Part shown: in pieces, positions 39,224-49,586 of the stretch
How the letters are laid out: every line of letters begins with the position of its first letter
Numbering within the stretch: position 1 is the first letter of the stretch
From: an uncultured Chloroflexia bacterium
GTDB lineage: Bacteria; Chloroflexota; Dehalococcoidia; DSTF01; JACRBR01
Direction: 5' to 3'
Length of the DNA: 64,000 nucleotides
Assembly (NCBI GenBank): GCA_963743185.1
Contig: CAVUOT010000007.1
Span: 24,869-88,868, forward strand
Position numbers and translations under genes: made by a program
The notes under the pieces: model-generated
Databases searched by the model: none
Told to the model about the DNA's origin: nothing
Seen by the model: the letters and a program-made list of their open reading frames with translations, nothing else

Positions 39224-39823
39224 TTAGGTCAGCCGTGGCAGCCAGGCGTGCCCCGGGTACAGCGCGCCCACGGCGCCGCGCAGCCATGCTCGCGCGCCTG
39301 CGTCGAGCGCCGGCGCGGCCGCATCGAAGTCCTGTGCGTTCCGCTCCTCCGGTGCGCGCGTCGCCGCCTTGTACAGGAGCGCGATCTCCGGTGCGATGAT
39401 CGGTATGCCCTCGGTGCTCACCGCGCCGAACCGTTCGAGCGGCAACGCGATCGATGCGTCGCGCCGGAACAGCCATTCGCCGTCGCAGCTGTCCTCCAGG
39501 AACACCTCGAATGCCCAGGCCGCATCTGCGTCACGCCGTACCCAGAACTGCCAACGCGGAGCGACGAGCCAGTCGCCCGCCGCCCACGGCGTCAGCTCGC
39601 CATCGTGCGCGACGTGCACGTCCCAGGGCGCGAGATGCTCTTGCAGGCGCTGCTGATCGCCCCGAAGTACCGCAACGTCGATGTCGCCGTGCTCGCGCGT
39701 CTGGCGCCCGAGGAACAGATCGATCGCCCAGCCGCCTGCGATCCACCAAGGCGCGCCAAAGCCATCGAACAGCGTCCGCACGCCCTCCGGCGAGAGCGCG
39801 TCCCACCGATATGGTTCAGGCAT
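39224..39823 (-). CDS. ANT(2'')/AadB-like nucleotidyltransferase family protein
   Basis: ORF 39224..39823. WWIAGGWAIDLFLGRQTREHGDIDV parallels WIGGGWAIDARLGRVTRKHDDIDL of AadB as I recall it. The substrate is unknown. Confidence 0.65.
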   Translation of the reverse strand: MPEPYRWDALSPEGVRTLFDGFGAPWWIAGGWAIDLFLGRQTREHGDIDVAVLRGDQQRLQEHLAPWDVHVAHDGELTPWAAGDWLVAPRWQFWVRRDADAAWAFEVFLEDSCDGEWLFRRDASIALPLERFGAVSTEGIPIIAPEIALLYKAATRAPEERNAQDFDAAAPALDAGARAWLRGAVGALYPGHAWLPRLT

Positions 39824-39838
39824 TGTTGAGCGGAAGAT

Positions 39839-41353
39839 TCACGCGGGCGCTTCGCGCTTCTTCGCCGCGCGCTTGGGCTTCGCGTCGTCGCCGGTCGTGA
39901 TGCGGCCGTTGCGGACGTCGGACATCTGGTCGCTCGGCAGGATGACGAGGAACTCGGTGCCCGAGGCCTCGGAGCTGACGGCGCGGACCGTGCCGCCGTG
40001 CGCCTCGACGATCTCGGTGACGATCGAGAGGCCGAGTCCGCCGCTGCCGCCCTTGCGCGTGCGTGCCCGGTCCACCTGGAAGAAACGCTCGAAGACGCGC
40101 GGGAGGTCTTCGCGCGGGATCACCGAACCGGTGTTGTGGACGCCGATACTGACGTGCCCCCCCGCGAGCGTGTGGCCGCTGATCGTGATGACGCCGCCGC
40201 GCGGCGTGTGCCGCACGGCGTTCTGCAGCAGGTTCGAGAACACCTGCTCCAGCCGCCGCTCGTCGCCGTGTACTTCGGGCAGGCGATCGAGCCGCAGGCG
40301 CGACTCGATGCCAGCGTCGCGGATCGTCCACTGGAAGCGTGCGACGGTGCGCTCGAGCAGCGCCGGCAGATCGACGTGGGCGTGCTCCATCGAGGCCTGC
40401 CCGGACTCTATCTGCGAGAGCAGCAGCAGGTCGTCGACGAGCGCTCCCATGCGGTTCGCCTCGTCGTGGATGGTGCGGCTGTACTCCTTGACGTCGTCCG
40501 GGCTGCTGACCACGCCGTCGACCATCGCCTGCGAGAAGCCCTGGATTGACGTGAGCGGCGTCTTGAGCTCGTGGGAAACGTTGGCGAGGAGGTCTTTCAT
40601 CATGCGTTGAGAGGTGTTCACCTCCTTCGCCATCTGGTTGAACGCCTCGGCGAGCCGTCCGACCTCATCCTCTCCGCTGATCGGGATGTTGACGTCGTAG
40701 TTACCACGGGCCATCTGTTTCGACGCCTGCGTGATCCGCGCTAACGGCCCGGAGATCGAACGCGAGATGAAGAACGACACCACGAACGACACAGAGAGGG
40801 CGATGGCGCCCGCGAGCGCCAGCCGGGGCACCAGGTCGAGCCACGCCGATGTCAGCTTGTCTTGCGGGATCGCGATGACCGGATCGTAGCTCGCCAGGCT
40901 GGGCGGCAGTCCGGCGGGGTTCTGTTCGGTGGCCGCGAACAGGGTGAGGTGATCCGCACCGTTGTAGTCGACCCACTTGTAGCGGCTGCCGTTTTGCTCC
41001 GTCACGCTGACTGCGCCGCCCTGGAACGACAGGACATACTTGCCGGTGAGGGCGTTCTTGTCGGCGCTGTCGAACACGACCAGCGCATCGCCGTTGATGA
41101 GGAGGATGCGGACGTCGGTCTCCTGCGCCCGCACGCGCAGAAAATCCTTCAGCTCGTCCAGCGAGCTCCCGGTGCCGCTGAGGCGCGCGATGCGCTCGTT
41201 CAGGGGCTCGACGAGACGCCCGTATCGCTCGCGCGCGGTCGCTTCCTGCTTGTCGCGCAGCAGGAACAATGCGCCCGCGCCCGCGAGGAAGACGGCCAGC
41301 CCGACGACCAGCGCGAACGAGACGATCAGCCGGGCTCTAAGACTCCCCAGCAT
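39839..41353 (-). CDS. Sensor histidine kinase (TM-sensor-TM, HAMP, HisKA, HATPase_c)
   Basis: ORF 39839..41353. H-box SHELKTPLTSI, N-box LLQNAVRHTP, G-boxes GGLGLSIV. Overlaps the regulator gene by 17 nt. Confidence 0.92.
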   Translation of the reverse strand: MLGSLRARLIVSFALVVGLAVFLAGAGALFLLRDKQEATARERYGRLVEPLNERIARLSGTGSSLDELKDFLRVRAQETDVRILLINGDALVVFDSADKNALTGKYVLSFQGGAVSVTEQNGSRYKWVDYNGADHLTLFAATEQNPAGLPPSLASYDPVIAIPQDKLTSAWLDLVPRLALAGAIALSVSFVVSFFISRSISGPLARITQASKQMARGNYDVNIPISGEDEVGRLAEAFNQMAKEVNTSQRMMKDLLANVSHELKTPLTSIQGFSQAMVDGVVSSPDDVKEYSRTIHDEANRMGALVDDLLLLSQIESGQASMEHAHVDLPALLERTVARFQWTIRDAGIESRLRLDRLPEVHGDERRLEQVFSNLLQNAVRHTPRGGVITISGHTLAGGHVSIGVHNTGSVIPREDLPRVFERFFQVDRARTRKGGSGGLGLSIVTEIVEAHGGTVRAVSSEASGTEFLVILPSDQMSDVRNGRITTGDDAKPKRAAKKREAPA

Positions 41354-42029
41354 CGCTTTCCACCACGAGCTTGTAGCCGACGCCCCACACGGTCTGGATC
41401 TTGACCGAGCCTTCTCCGAGCTTGTCGCGGAGCCAGGCTACGTGCACGTCGATCGTCCGTGAGTCGCCGTAGTAGTCGGTGCCCCACACGAGACGCAGCA
41501 GCCGCTCTCGGTCGAGTACGTTGCCCTGGTGCTGTGCGAACGCGGTCAACAGGTCGAACTCCTTGGCACGCAGCGTGAGCGCCCGGCCGTCCAGCGTCGC
41601 CTCCCGGCTCGCGATGTCGATGCGCAGCCCGCCCGCCTCGATCACCTCCGTCACGTCGCGCTCGCCCTGGGCGCGCCGCAGCACCGCCTTCACCCGGGCG
41701 ACCAGTTCGCGCGGGTTGAACGGCTTCGCCATGTAATCATCGGCGCCGATCTCCAGGCCGATAATGCGGTCGATGTCGTCGCCACGAGCGGTGAGGATGA
41801 TGACCGGGACGTTGCTGGTCTTGCGGAGCTCTTTGCAGACGGTCAGCCCGTCCATCTCCGGCATCATGATGTCGAGCACGATCAGGTCCGGGCGGACCGT
41901 CTTGGCCTTCTCCAGCGCCTGCTTGCCATCGTTCGCCGCCTCTACGCGGAATCCCTCGTTATTGAGGTACAGGCGCGCAAGCTGGACGATGTTCTTCTCG
42001 TCATCGACGACGAGGATGGTTCCCGGCAT
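41337..42029 (-). CDS. OmpR/PhoB-type response regulator
   Basis: ORF 41337..42029. Receiver domain ILVVDDE...DLIVLDIMMPEMDG and winged-helix C-terminus VWGVGYKL. Confidence 0.93.
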   Translation of the reverse strand: MPGTILVVDDEKNIVQLARLYLNNEGFRVEAANDGKQALEKAKTVRPDLIVLDIMMPEMDGLTVCKELRKTSNVPVIILTARGDDIDRIIGLEIGADDYMAKPFNPRELVARVKAVLRRAQGERDVTEVIEAGGLRIDIASREATLDGRALTLRAKEFDLLTAFAQHQGNVLDRERLLRLVWGTDYYGDSRTIDVHVAWLRDKLGEGSVKIQTVWGVGYKLVVESDAGES

Positions 42030-42500
42030 GGGCGTTCAACTTTCTCTATGTGCCGCCGGGGCCATTATAGACGGTGGGAACGCGGGCGGACCGCTTGCTC
42101 ACTCCCTGCCTCAAGATGTCACACCCTACGCCTGATTCAGACGCGCAAGCGGCCCGACCGCATCGGCACGGTACCGGCGGGAGATGAAGGGACTGCCAGC
42201 AAAGTGCTAAGCGGGCGTAAACCCGGTCGGAGATCACACATCCGTAACGGGATTCTGGTAGAAGGCTTAACAACGAGCGATCTCTGGCGACTCTGCGCGG
42301 CCGCGACGACTGAGCCACGTTCAGCCTGTCACCCGCGGCAATTTCGCCGCGCAAATCGACGGGCGGAGCTGTAACATTCGGCCTCGCGCCGCGTTTATAT
42401 ACCGGCGAGCAAGAGAAGACGCACCGGCCCGCCGGTAGGTGCAGGTGGGTGCAAGCACCGTGACAGATCTCGGCCATTTCGCCGATGCTGAGAACGAGGC

Positions 42501-42698
42501 ATGAACATGACGACAACGACTTCACCTAAAGTCACGAACATCGAGCAAGTGGCAACCGAGCGCTGGCTCGCCGCCGCGCTGGAGCACGCTCGCGCCGGCC
42601 TGACGGACGTGCCGACGGCCGAGGCTGTCGACCGCATCCGCGCCCGCGTAATGGGCGAGCAGCCTGCTCGCAAACTGCCGCACCCGATCGCCGCGTAG
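42501..42698 (+). CDS. hypothetical small protein (65 aa)
   Basis: ORF 42501..42698 (MNMTTTTSPKVTNIEQVATERWLAAALEHARAGL...), followed by a canonical terminator. No family recognised. Confidence 0.35.
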   Translation: MNMTTTTSPKVTNIEQVATERWLAAALEHARAGLTDVPTAEAVDRIRARVMGEQPARKLPHPIAA

Positions 42699-42728
42699 CG
42701 TCTTCATCCATCGTTCTGTGAGCGGATG

Positions 42729-42758
42729 CCCCGGCCGGTTGCCGGGGCTTCTTCTTGT
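42729..42758 (+). terminator. Rho-independent terminator
   Basis: CCCCGGC-cggtt-GCCGGGG followed by CTTCTTCTTGT. This is the only hairpin in the window with a clear T-rich tail. Confidence 0.65.
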
Positions 42759-42842
42759 CTGCCGCACGCGCCCTGGACCGCAGACCCACGGAGCCTGTAG
42801 TGAGCGCCGTCCGCCGGTATACTCGCCGCGATCCGGCAGAGA

Positions 42843-44094
42843 TTGGCGTATACACACGAAGCGCAGGGCTGCCACGTGAAACTCGAGACCTGGGAGAAGA
42901 ACCTCTACGCCGTCTGGGTGTCGCAGTTCCTGGCGTTGATGGGCGCGAACCTGGTCTTTCCGTTCATCCCGTTCTTCGTCAAAGACCTGGGCGTGAAGAG
43001 CGATTCCGACGCGGCGCTCTGGTCGGGCGTGCTCGCGACGGCGACGGGCGCGATGCTCTTCATCTCGTCGCCGCTGTGGGGATCGCTCGCGGACCGCTTC
43101 GGGCGCAAGAGCATGCTGCTGCGCGCCTACGCCGGCGCGACCGTGACGATCACGGCGCAGGCGATCGTGCAGAGCGTGTGGCAATTGCTGATCCTGCGCG
43201 CGCTGCAGGGTGTGTTCGTCGGCACCATCGCGGCCGCGGCGGCGCTGATCGCCGGCGGCACGCCGCCGAAGCGGATGGCGTACGCGCTCGGGCTCATCCA
43301 GATGGCCGTCTTCACGTCGCAGACGATCGGCCCGGTCGTCGGCGGCCTGATGTCGGGCGTGGTCGGCTTCCGGGCGACGTTCGCCGCGGGCGGGCTGATG
43401 TACATCGCGTCATTCGTGGTGTGCCTCGTCTTCGTGAAGGAGGAGTTCCACCGCCCGGAGGCCAGCGAGCGCGTGTCGTACGCCGAGAACCTGCGCGCGG
43501 TGATGCGCGTGCCATCGATGCTGCTGCTGATCACCGTGATGTTCCTCGTCAGCTCCGCGGCGGTGTTCGTGCGGCCGGTCCTGCCGCTGCTCGTCGAGTC
43601 GTTCACGGACTCGGACGTCGAGGCGAAATCGGGCTTCGCCTTCGCGGCGATCGCGATGACGAGCGCCATCGCCGCCGTCGTCTCGGGCCGGCTCGCGGTG
43701 CGCACCGGCTACCGCAACGCGCTGATCGTCGGCGACGCTGGGCGCCGGCGTCGCGTACGCGACGGTGGGGGCGGCGAACGCGCTGTGGCCGCTGCTGGTG
43801 ATGATGGCGGCGGTCGGCGTCTTCAGCGGCGCGATGATCCCGATGGTGAACGCGCTGATCGGCGCCAGCGCGCCGGACGGCAAGCACGGCTCGGCGTTCG
43901 GACTGGTCGGCAGCGCGCAGGCGCTGAGCTTCGCCGTGGCGCCGCTGCTGGGCGGGCTGACGGCGCAGCAGCTCGGCATCCACGCCGGCTTCCCGATCAT
44001 CGGCGCGATGCTCGTCTTCGTGTCGGCGCTGGTGTGGCTGACGGTGCGCGAGCCGGAATCGCTGCTGTTCGAGGATACGGCGCCGGCGGGGTGA
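42843..44094 (+). CDS. MFS transporter; apparent frameshift near 43738
   Basis: ORF 42843..44720 N-terminus has WGSLADRFGRKSML (MFS motif A) and 8 TM helices. It continues in ORF 43765..44094 (GAANALWPLLVMMAAVGVFSG...). GTG 42876 is an alternative start. Confidence 0.85.
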
Positions 44095-44132
44095 GTTGCG
44101 CACGGCTTCGTCGCTGCGCGCTACGATGCACC

Positions 44133-44720
44133 ATGCCGAACCCCGATCTCGTCTACTGCCCCCGCTGCGCCGAGCGCCTCGAGTGGCGCGGCGTCGAGTA
44201 TCCGGACGTGCTGCATCCGGTGTGCACGAAGTGCGGCTTCATCCTCTGGCAGAACGTGAAGCCTTCGGTCGATGCGCTGATCCTGCGAGGCGACGCGTCG
44301 CACCCGGAGGTCCTGCTGGGTCGCCAGTCCGCCGCGCGAGCGAACGGCCGGTGGGACATCCCGGGCGGCTTCCTCAACGCCGGCGATCGCATCGAGCCCG
44401 CACTGATCCGCGAATGCCGGCGCGAGATGGGCATCGAGATCGCGGTCGGCGATCTCGTCGGCGCGTTCGAGGGCATGTTCTACGACATCCCGATGGTCGA
44501 CCTCATCTACGCCTGCACCATCGCCTCCGGCGAACCGCGCCCCGCCGACCTGATCGACGACGTCCGCTGGTTCCCGCTCAACGATCTTCCCGAGCTGGCG
44601 TTAGACATCGTGGGCGACGCGATCGCCGCGCTGCGGCAGAGGATGGCGCCTGTAGCACGCATCCTGATAGCGCAATCGGTAGGCACGGCGTGGCGTACGC
44701 AGTTGACGGCTGGACTCTGA
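44133..44720 (+). CDS. NUDIX hydrolase with an N-terminal zinc ribbon
   Basis: Internal ATG 44133 of ORF 42843..44720. CPRC...CTKC ribbon, and Nudix box GGFLNAGDRIEPALIRECRREMGIE. Confidence 0.85.
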   Translation: MPNPDLVYCPRCAERLEWRGVEYPDVLHPVCTKCGFILWQNVKPSVDALILRGDASHPEVLLGRQSAARANGRWDIPGGFLNAGDRIEPALIRECRREMGIEIAVGDLVGAFEGMFYDIPMVDLIYACTIASGEPRPADLIDDVRWFPLNDLPELALDIVGDAIAALRQRMAPVARILIAQSVGTAWRTQLTAGL

Positions 44721-45524
44721 TCGTCCCGAGCATCTGCTCCGCGAGCCACTTCCGCTCCGGCGCCTGCGCAGTTCTCCAGGACAGCGATCACGTTCGAGGA
44801 AACGATGCTGGGTCCGCCGGCAACGGGCGGGAGCGCTCGCGGCGAGATAGCCGATGATCGCCAGCGTCGCAAGAGCACCATGACGTGCAGCTCGCCGGAT
44901 CGCTCGGATCATCCGTCGCGCTTAGCGTGACGTCAGCCCCTCGATGGTAACGCTGACGATCTGCGGCAACCGGTTGTTCGCACGCGATCCACGTCGTTCG
45001 GCGCGGATGGCGCCGCAGATAGTCGAGGTCACGCTGCGGACGACAGTCCGCAGGCGACAGCGCGTACCTGCACGGTCGCCTGAGCGCACGACACGTCGCC
45101 ACATCGCGTTGTGCTGAGGTCGAAGCAGTAACCGGCCGCCTCTCACGATCACGGGCTTGATGCCTCGCTACGGCGAATAGGCCTGCAGGCGAACAGCACT
45201 CGATCCATCCGTCCGGAGCATCGCGACACGTGATCACATCCGGGTGGACAATCGCTGCGATCCGAGGCTCTCGCCACCGGCATCAAGAACGCGGGCGTCG
45301 CCTCGGCGCAGACCCGTTAGCGACGGCGGCGATGGAGGTGCAGCCACTCTAGGATCATCGGTCAGCACGGGACGAAGTCCGCTGGCGGAGTGGTCGACGT
45401 GCTCGCTAGTGAGTGACGACGAGCTGCACGATGCTCGTCGCCGGTCAGTGACCGCGAAGGAAGCGACATCTCCGTACAGCCAGCAAACGAAGCGTGGCGC
45501 CATCCGCCAACGAATCCTGTCCGC

Positions 45525-46764
45525 CTACCCGCCCCACCGCCGGAACACCAGCGTCGCGTTCTGCCCGCCCATCCCGAACGAGTTGCTCAGCACGACGTCC
45601 ACCTGCGCTTTGCGCGCGGTGTGCGGCACGTAGTCCAGGTCGCACTCCGGGTCGGGCGTGTCGAGGTTGATCGTCGGCGGGATGATGTTGTCGCGGATCG
45701 CCAGCACCGACGCGACGGCCTCGAGGCCGCCCGCGGCCGCGGCGGAGTGGCCGGTCATCGACTTGATGCTGCTCGCGGGCACGCGGTACGCCGCGTCGCC
45801 GAACGCGAGCTTGATCGCCGCGGTCTCCGTCTTGTCGTTGTACGGCGTGCCGGTGCCGTGCGCGTTCAGCCACGACACGTCGCCGCCGCTGATACCGGCC
45901 GACTTCAGCGCGCGGATCATCGAGAGCGACTGCCCTTCGGTATCCGGCGCGGCGTCGTCCACGGCGTCGAACGACCAGCCCTGGCCGATGTACTCGGCGA
46001 GGATCGTCGCGCCGCGTCCCTGCGCGTGTTCGAGCGACTCGAGCACGAGCACGCCCGCGCCCTCGCCCAGCACGAAGCCGTCGCGGTGCAGGTCGAACGG
46101 CCGCGACGCCTTCTGCGGCGTGTCGTTGTAGCCCTTCGACAGCGCGCCCATCAGCCCCATCGTCGCGACGGCGACGGGCGTGATGATCGCTTCGGTGCCG
46201 CCGGAGAGCAGGATGTCGGCGGCGCCGCTGCGGATCATGCTCCAGGCGTGGCCCAGCGCGTCGGTGGCGGAGGCGCAGGCGCTGTTGACGGACGAGCTCG
46301 GCCCGCGCAGGCCCAGCTCGCGGCCGACGCGCCCGGCGGCCATGTGCTGGCCCCAGCGCGGGATGATCAGCGGGTCGACGCGGTTCGGCCCGCGCTCGTC
46401 GATGATCGTCTGCTGGCGGCCCATCTCGAAGGCGCCGCCGGTGCTGGCCATGATGACGCCGGTCTCGGTGGCGGTGTGGCGGTCCATCTCGATCTTCGCC
46501 GAGACGAGCGCTTCCTTCGCGGCCTTGAGCGCGATCTGGGCGAAGCGTCCGGAGCGGCGCGCGGCGCGATGGTCCATCACCTCGGCGGGATCGAAGCCCT
46601 TGATCTCGGCGGCGACGCGCACCGAATGACGTCGACGCGTCGAAGTGCGTGATCGGCCCGATGCCGCTCTTGCCGGCGAGCAGGCTCTGCCAGAACGTCT
46701 CGGCGTCGTTGCCGACGGGCGTAATGGCGCCGACGCCGGTGATCACGACTCTACGCAGTTCCAC
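45525..46764 (-). CDS. fabF: Beta-ketoacyl-ACP synthase II; apparent frameshift near 46625
   Basis: GTG 46764 ([22 protein letters not shown] 45445..47019 frame), then ORF 45525..46622 ([10 protein letters not shown] active-site Cys, [26 protein letters not shown]). Confidence 0.9.
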
Positions 46765-47107
46765 GCGGGGCTCCTTCGGCTGGTGTTGCGGTCGCTTGTT
46801 GCTGCTTGCTGATGTCAGTGTAACAGCGCTCGATCGCGGACCCACAGCCGACCCGCCCCGGGCGCATGTCCCGATCGAGCATCGGCGCGCCGGCGAATCT
46901 GGCACCGCGCGAAATACGCGCGCCGCGCCCGTTAACATCTCCGCTTCCCTTAGGCGCGAACGCTCGACGCGTTCCGCATCGCGCGCGCCTGCGCGTGCGG
47001 GTTTCGCCCATCCCAACACGCGGCCTCAGGCCGACATCATCACTGGCGCGTTCGCGCCGGGGACGCAACGGCACGCACGCGGGTGTGATGCGGCGAGGAG
47101 GGCTGCC

Positions 47108-48157
47108 ATGCAGGGACGCACGTTCGACGCACGCTGGGCGCTCGCTCTGCCCGCGATCGCCATCGCGGCCGCCGTGCTCATCGTCCTCAGCCGCGCCGGC
47201 GCCGGCGAGCCCCGCCCCGCGAGCGCCGTCGCCGACCCAACGCGGGTTTCGCGGACGCTCGGCGCGCGGGAGTTCCGCGCACCGGCCGCAGCGCCGACGG
47301 CGACGCTCGCGGAGTCGCTTCGGGCCGCCGACATCCTCATCAAGGCCGGCAAGATGGCGCCCCCGCCGACGCTCGCCGAGTCGTGGTTGGCGGGCGCCGC
47401 GCTGATCAAGGCGGGCGTGATTCCAGCACCGACGCCGACGCTCGGCGAGACGTGGCTGGCTGTCGATGCGATGATCAAGGCCGGCGTGCTCCCGACGCCG
47501 CCATGGATGCTGAACGTGGCGCCGACGCCGACCCTGCGTGAGACGCTCGAGGCGGCCGTCGTGCTCGTGAAGGCCGGAGCCATGCCGCCGCCGCCGTCGC
47601 TCGCCGCCGATCAGCAGGCGCAGGTCGCGCCGCCTGCGTCGCTGCCCGCGACGAGCACGCCCGTACCGCCGACATCGACGCCGCTTCCGCCGACGAAGAC
47701 GCCGACCGTCGTCGCGAAGACCGCGACCGCCGCCGCGTCCCGCTCCGGCTGGTACGACGACGCCTACACGGCGCAGGTGTTCAGCCTCGTGAACCAGCGG
47801 CGTCAGGCCGCCGGTCTGCCGCCGCTCGCCGTCGAGCCGCGCCTCGCGAACTCCGCGGCGACGTACGCGAAGGTGCTCGCCGACAGCAACACGTTCTCGC
47901 ACACCGGCCCCGACGGCAGCACGCTCGTCACGCGCGACGAGGCGGCGGGCTTCCCGTTCACGGTGCAGATCGGCGAAGTGCTCGCATGGGGCTCGAGCGG
48001 CTGGACGCCGGGCGAGATCGTGCAGGCATGGATGGACAGCCCGCCCCACCGCGAAGAGATCATGAGCCCCGTCTACACGCGGGCGGGCGCCGGCTGCTAC
48101 TTCACGAACAACGGCACGCTGATGGTGCGCTGCGCGATGGAACTCGCGGCGGGCTGA
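47108..48157 (+). CDS. Secreted CAP/SCP (YkwD-like) domain protein with an internal 4x tandem repeat
   Basis: Internal ATG 47108 of ORF 46649..48157, with signal-anchor ALALPAIAIAAAVLIVL. Four ~20-25 aa repeats PTL(A/G/R)E(S/T)(L/W)L...(I/V)KAG.(M/I/L)P occupy 47293-47600. The C-terminal CAP domain reads VFSLVNQRRQAAGLPPL...FSHTGPDGS...WMDSPPHREEIM. Confidence 0.8.
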   Translation: MQGRTFDARWALALPAIAIAAAVLIVLSRAGAGEPRPASAVADPTRVSRTLGAREFRAPAAAPTATLAESLRAADILIKAGKMAPPPTLAESWLAGAALIKAGVIPAPTPTLGETWLAVDAMIKAGVLPTPPWMLNVAPTPTLRETLEAAVVLVKAGAMPPPPSLAADQQAQVAPPASLPATSTPVPPTSTPLPPTKTPTVVAKTATAAASRSGWYDDAYTAQVFSLVNQRRQAAGLPPLAVEPRLANSAATYAKVLADSNTFSHTGPDGSTLVTRDEAAGFPFTVQIGEVLAWGSSGWTPGEIVQAWMDSPPHREEIMSPVYTRAGAGCYFTNNGTLMVRCAMELAAG

Positions 48158-48178
48158 CCACAAGTCGGAAGCACTCCG

Positions 48179-49453
48179 CTACGGGAAGATGCCGCGGACC
48201 TCAGTCGCTTCGACGACGCGGCGGACGGCGAGGATGTACGCGGCTTCGCGCATCGTGCAGGCGTGCTCGTCGCGCACCGCGACGACTTCGCGGAAGGCGC
48301 GCTCGATGATCCGCTTGAGCTTGACGTTCACCTCGTCCTCTTCCCAGAAGAACGACTGCAGATCCTGTACCCACTCGAAGTACGAGACGATGACGCCGCC
48401 GGCGTTGGCGAGGATGTCCGGCACGACGTAGACGCCCTTCGCGTTCAGGATGCGGTCGGCCTCGGGCGTCGTGGGCCCGTTCGCGGCTTCGATGATCATC
48501 GGCGCCTGGATGCGCGCGGCGTTGCCGCCGTGGATCTGGCCTTCGAGCGCGGCGGGGATGAGGATATCGACGGGCAGCTCGAGCAGCTCGGCGTTGGTGA
48601 CGCGCGCGCCGCGCGCACCGTCCGGGATGAATCCGTGCTCGTGCTTGAGCGCGAGGATCTCGTCGATGTCGCCGAGGCCGTCGGCGTTGTAGAGCCCGCC
48701 GTTCGAGTCGCTGATGGCGACGATCTTCGCGCCGGCGTCCGACAGCAATTTCGCCGCGACGCTGCCGACGTTGCCGAAACCCTGGACGGCCACGCGCGCG
48801 CCTTCCAGCGCGACGCCGTGGTCGACGCATGCCGCCTGCGTGATGAAGAGCACGCCGCGGCCCGTCGCCTCGATGCGGCCGCTGCTGCCGCCGATCGTGA
48901 CCGGCTTGCCGGTGACGACGGCGGGGACGGAGTGGCCGTGCATCATGCTGTACGTGTCCATGATCCACGCCATGATCTGGCCGTCGGTGCCCATGTCGGG
49001 CGCGGGGACATCTTCGTCGGGGCCGATGAGGATGCCGATATCGGCGGCGAAGCGGCGCGTCAGGCGCTCCAGCTCGCGCTTGCTGAGCGCGCGCGGGTCG
49101 ACGATGACGCCGCCCTTCGCGCCGCCGTACGGGAGCCCGGCGACCGCGCACTTCCACGTCATCCACATCGAAAGCGCGCGCACGTCATCGAGCGAGACGT
49201 TGGGGCTGTAGCGCAGACCGCCCTTGACGGGGCCGCGCGCCTCGTTGTGGTGCACGCGATACCCCGTGAACACGCGGATCGAACCGTCGTCCATGTTGAC
49301 CGGAAAGTTCACCGTGAACTCGCGCTTGCAGTGGCGGAGCACCTCGCGCATGCCCTCGTCGAGATTGAGGCGATCGGCGACGGCGTTGAACTGCTCGATG
49401 GCGTTCTCGAAAGGGTTCTCGGCGGGGGCCTGTGCGGCGGGGGCGGTGGTCAT
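48179..49453 (-). CDS. gdh: Glutamate dehydrogenase (Glu/Leu/Phe/Val dehydrogenase family)
   Basis: Internal ATG 49453 of ORF 48179..49765 (MTTAPAAQAPAENPFENAIEQF). KGGLRYSP...LPYGGAKGG catalytic Lys region and the GFGNVG dinucleotide fold. SD AGGAG upstream. Confidence 0.93.
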   Translation of the reverse strand: MTTAPAAQAPAENPFENAIEQFNAVADRLNLDEGMREVLRHCKREFTVNFPVNMDDGSIRVFTGYRVHHNEARGPVKGGLRYSPNVSLDDVRALSMWMTWKCAVAGLPYGGAKGGVIVDPRALSKRELERLTRRFAADIGILIGPDEDVPAPDMGTDGQIMAWIMDTYSMMHGHSVPAVVTGKPVTIGGSSGRIEATGRGVLFITQAACVDHGVALEGARVAVQGFGNVGSVAAKLLSDAGAKIVAISDSNGGLYNADGLGDIDEILALKHEHGFIPDGARGARVTNAELLELPVDILIPAALEGQIHGGNAARIQAPMIIEAANGPTTPEADRILNAKGVYVVPDILANAGGVIVSYFEWVQDLQSFFWEEDEVNVKLKRIIERAFREVVAVRDEHACTMREAAYILAVRRVVEATEVRGIFP

Positions 49454-49586
49454 GTGCGGCTGCTCCTGACTGTCGACGCGAGCGTGAGCGCACATGCATT
49501 GTATGCGTTGCCACCGGCGTGAGAGCCGATCTGCAGCCGGGAAGAGTGTGCGCGTTCGGAGCGTCGGCTGCGGACCGCCGCAGCGG

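Noticed and set aside
46649-47107. N-terminal 153 aa extension of the CAP-domain ORF (start at 46649).
   Set aside because: The extension overlaps the fabF 5' region on the opposite strand and is Arg/Ser/Pro-rich. The ATG at 47108 is followed directly by a signal-anchor.
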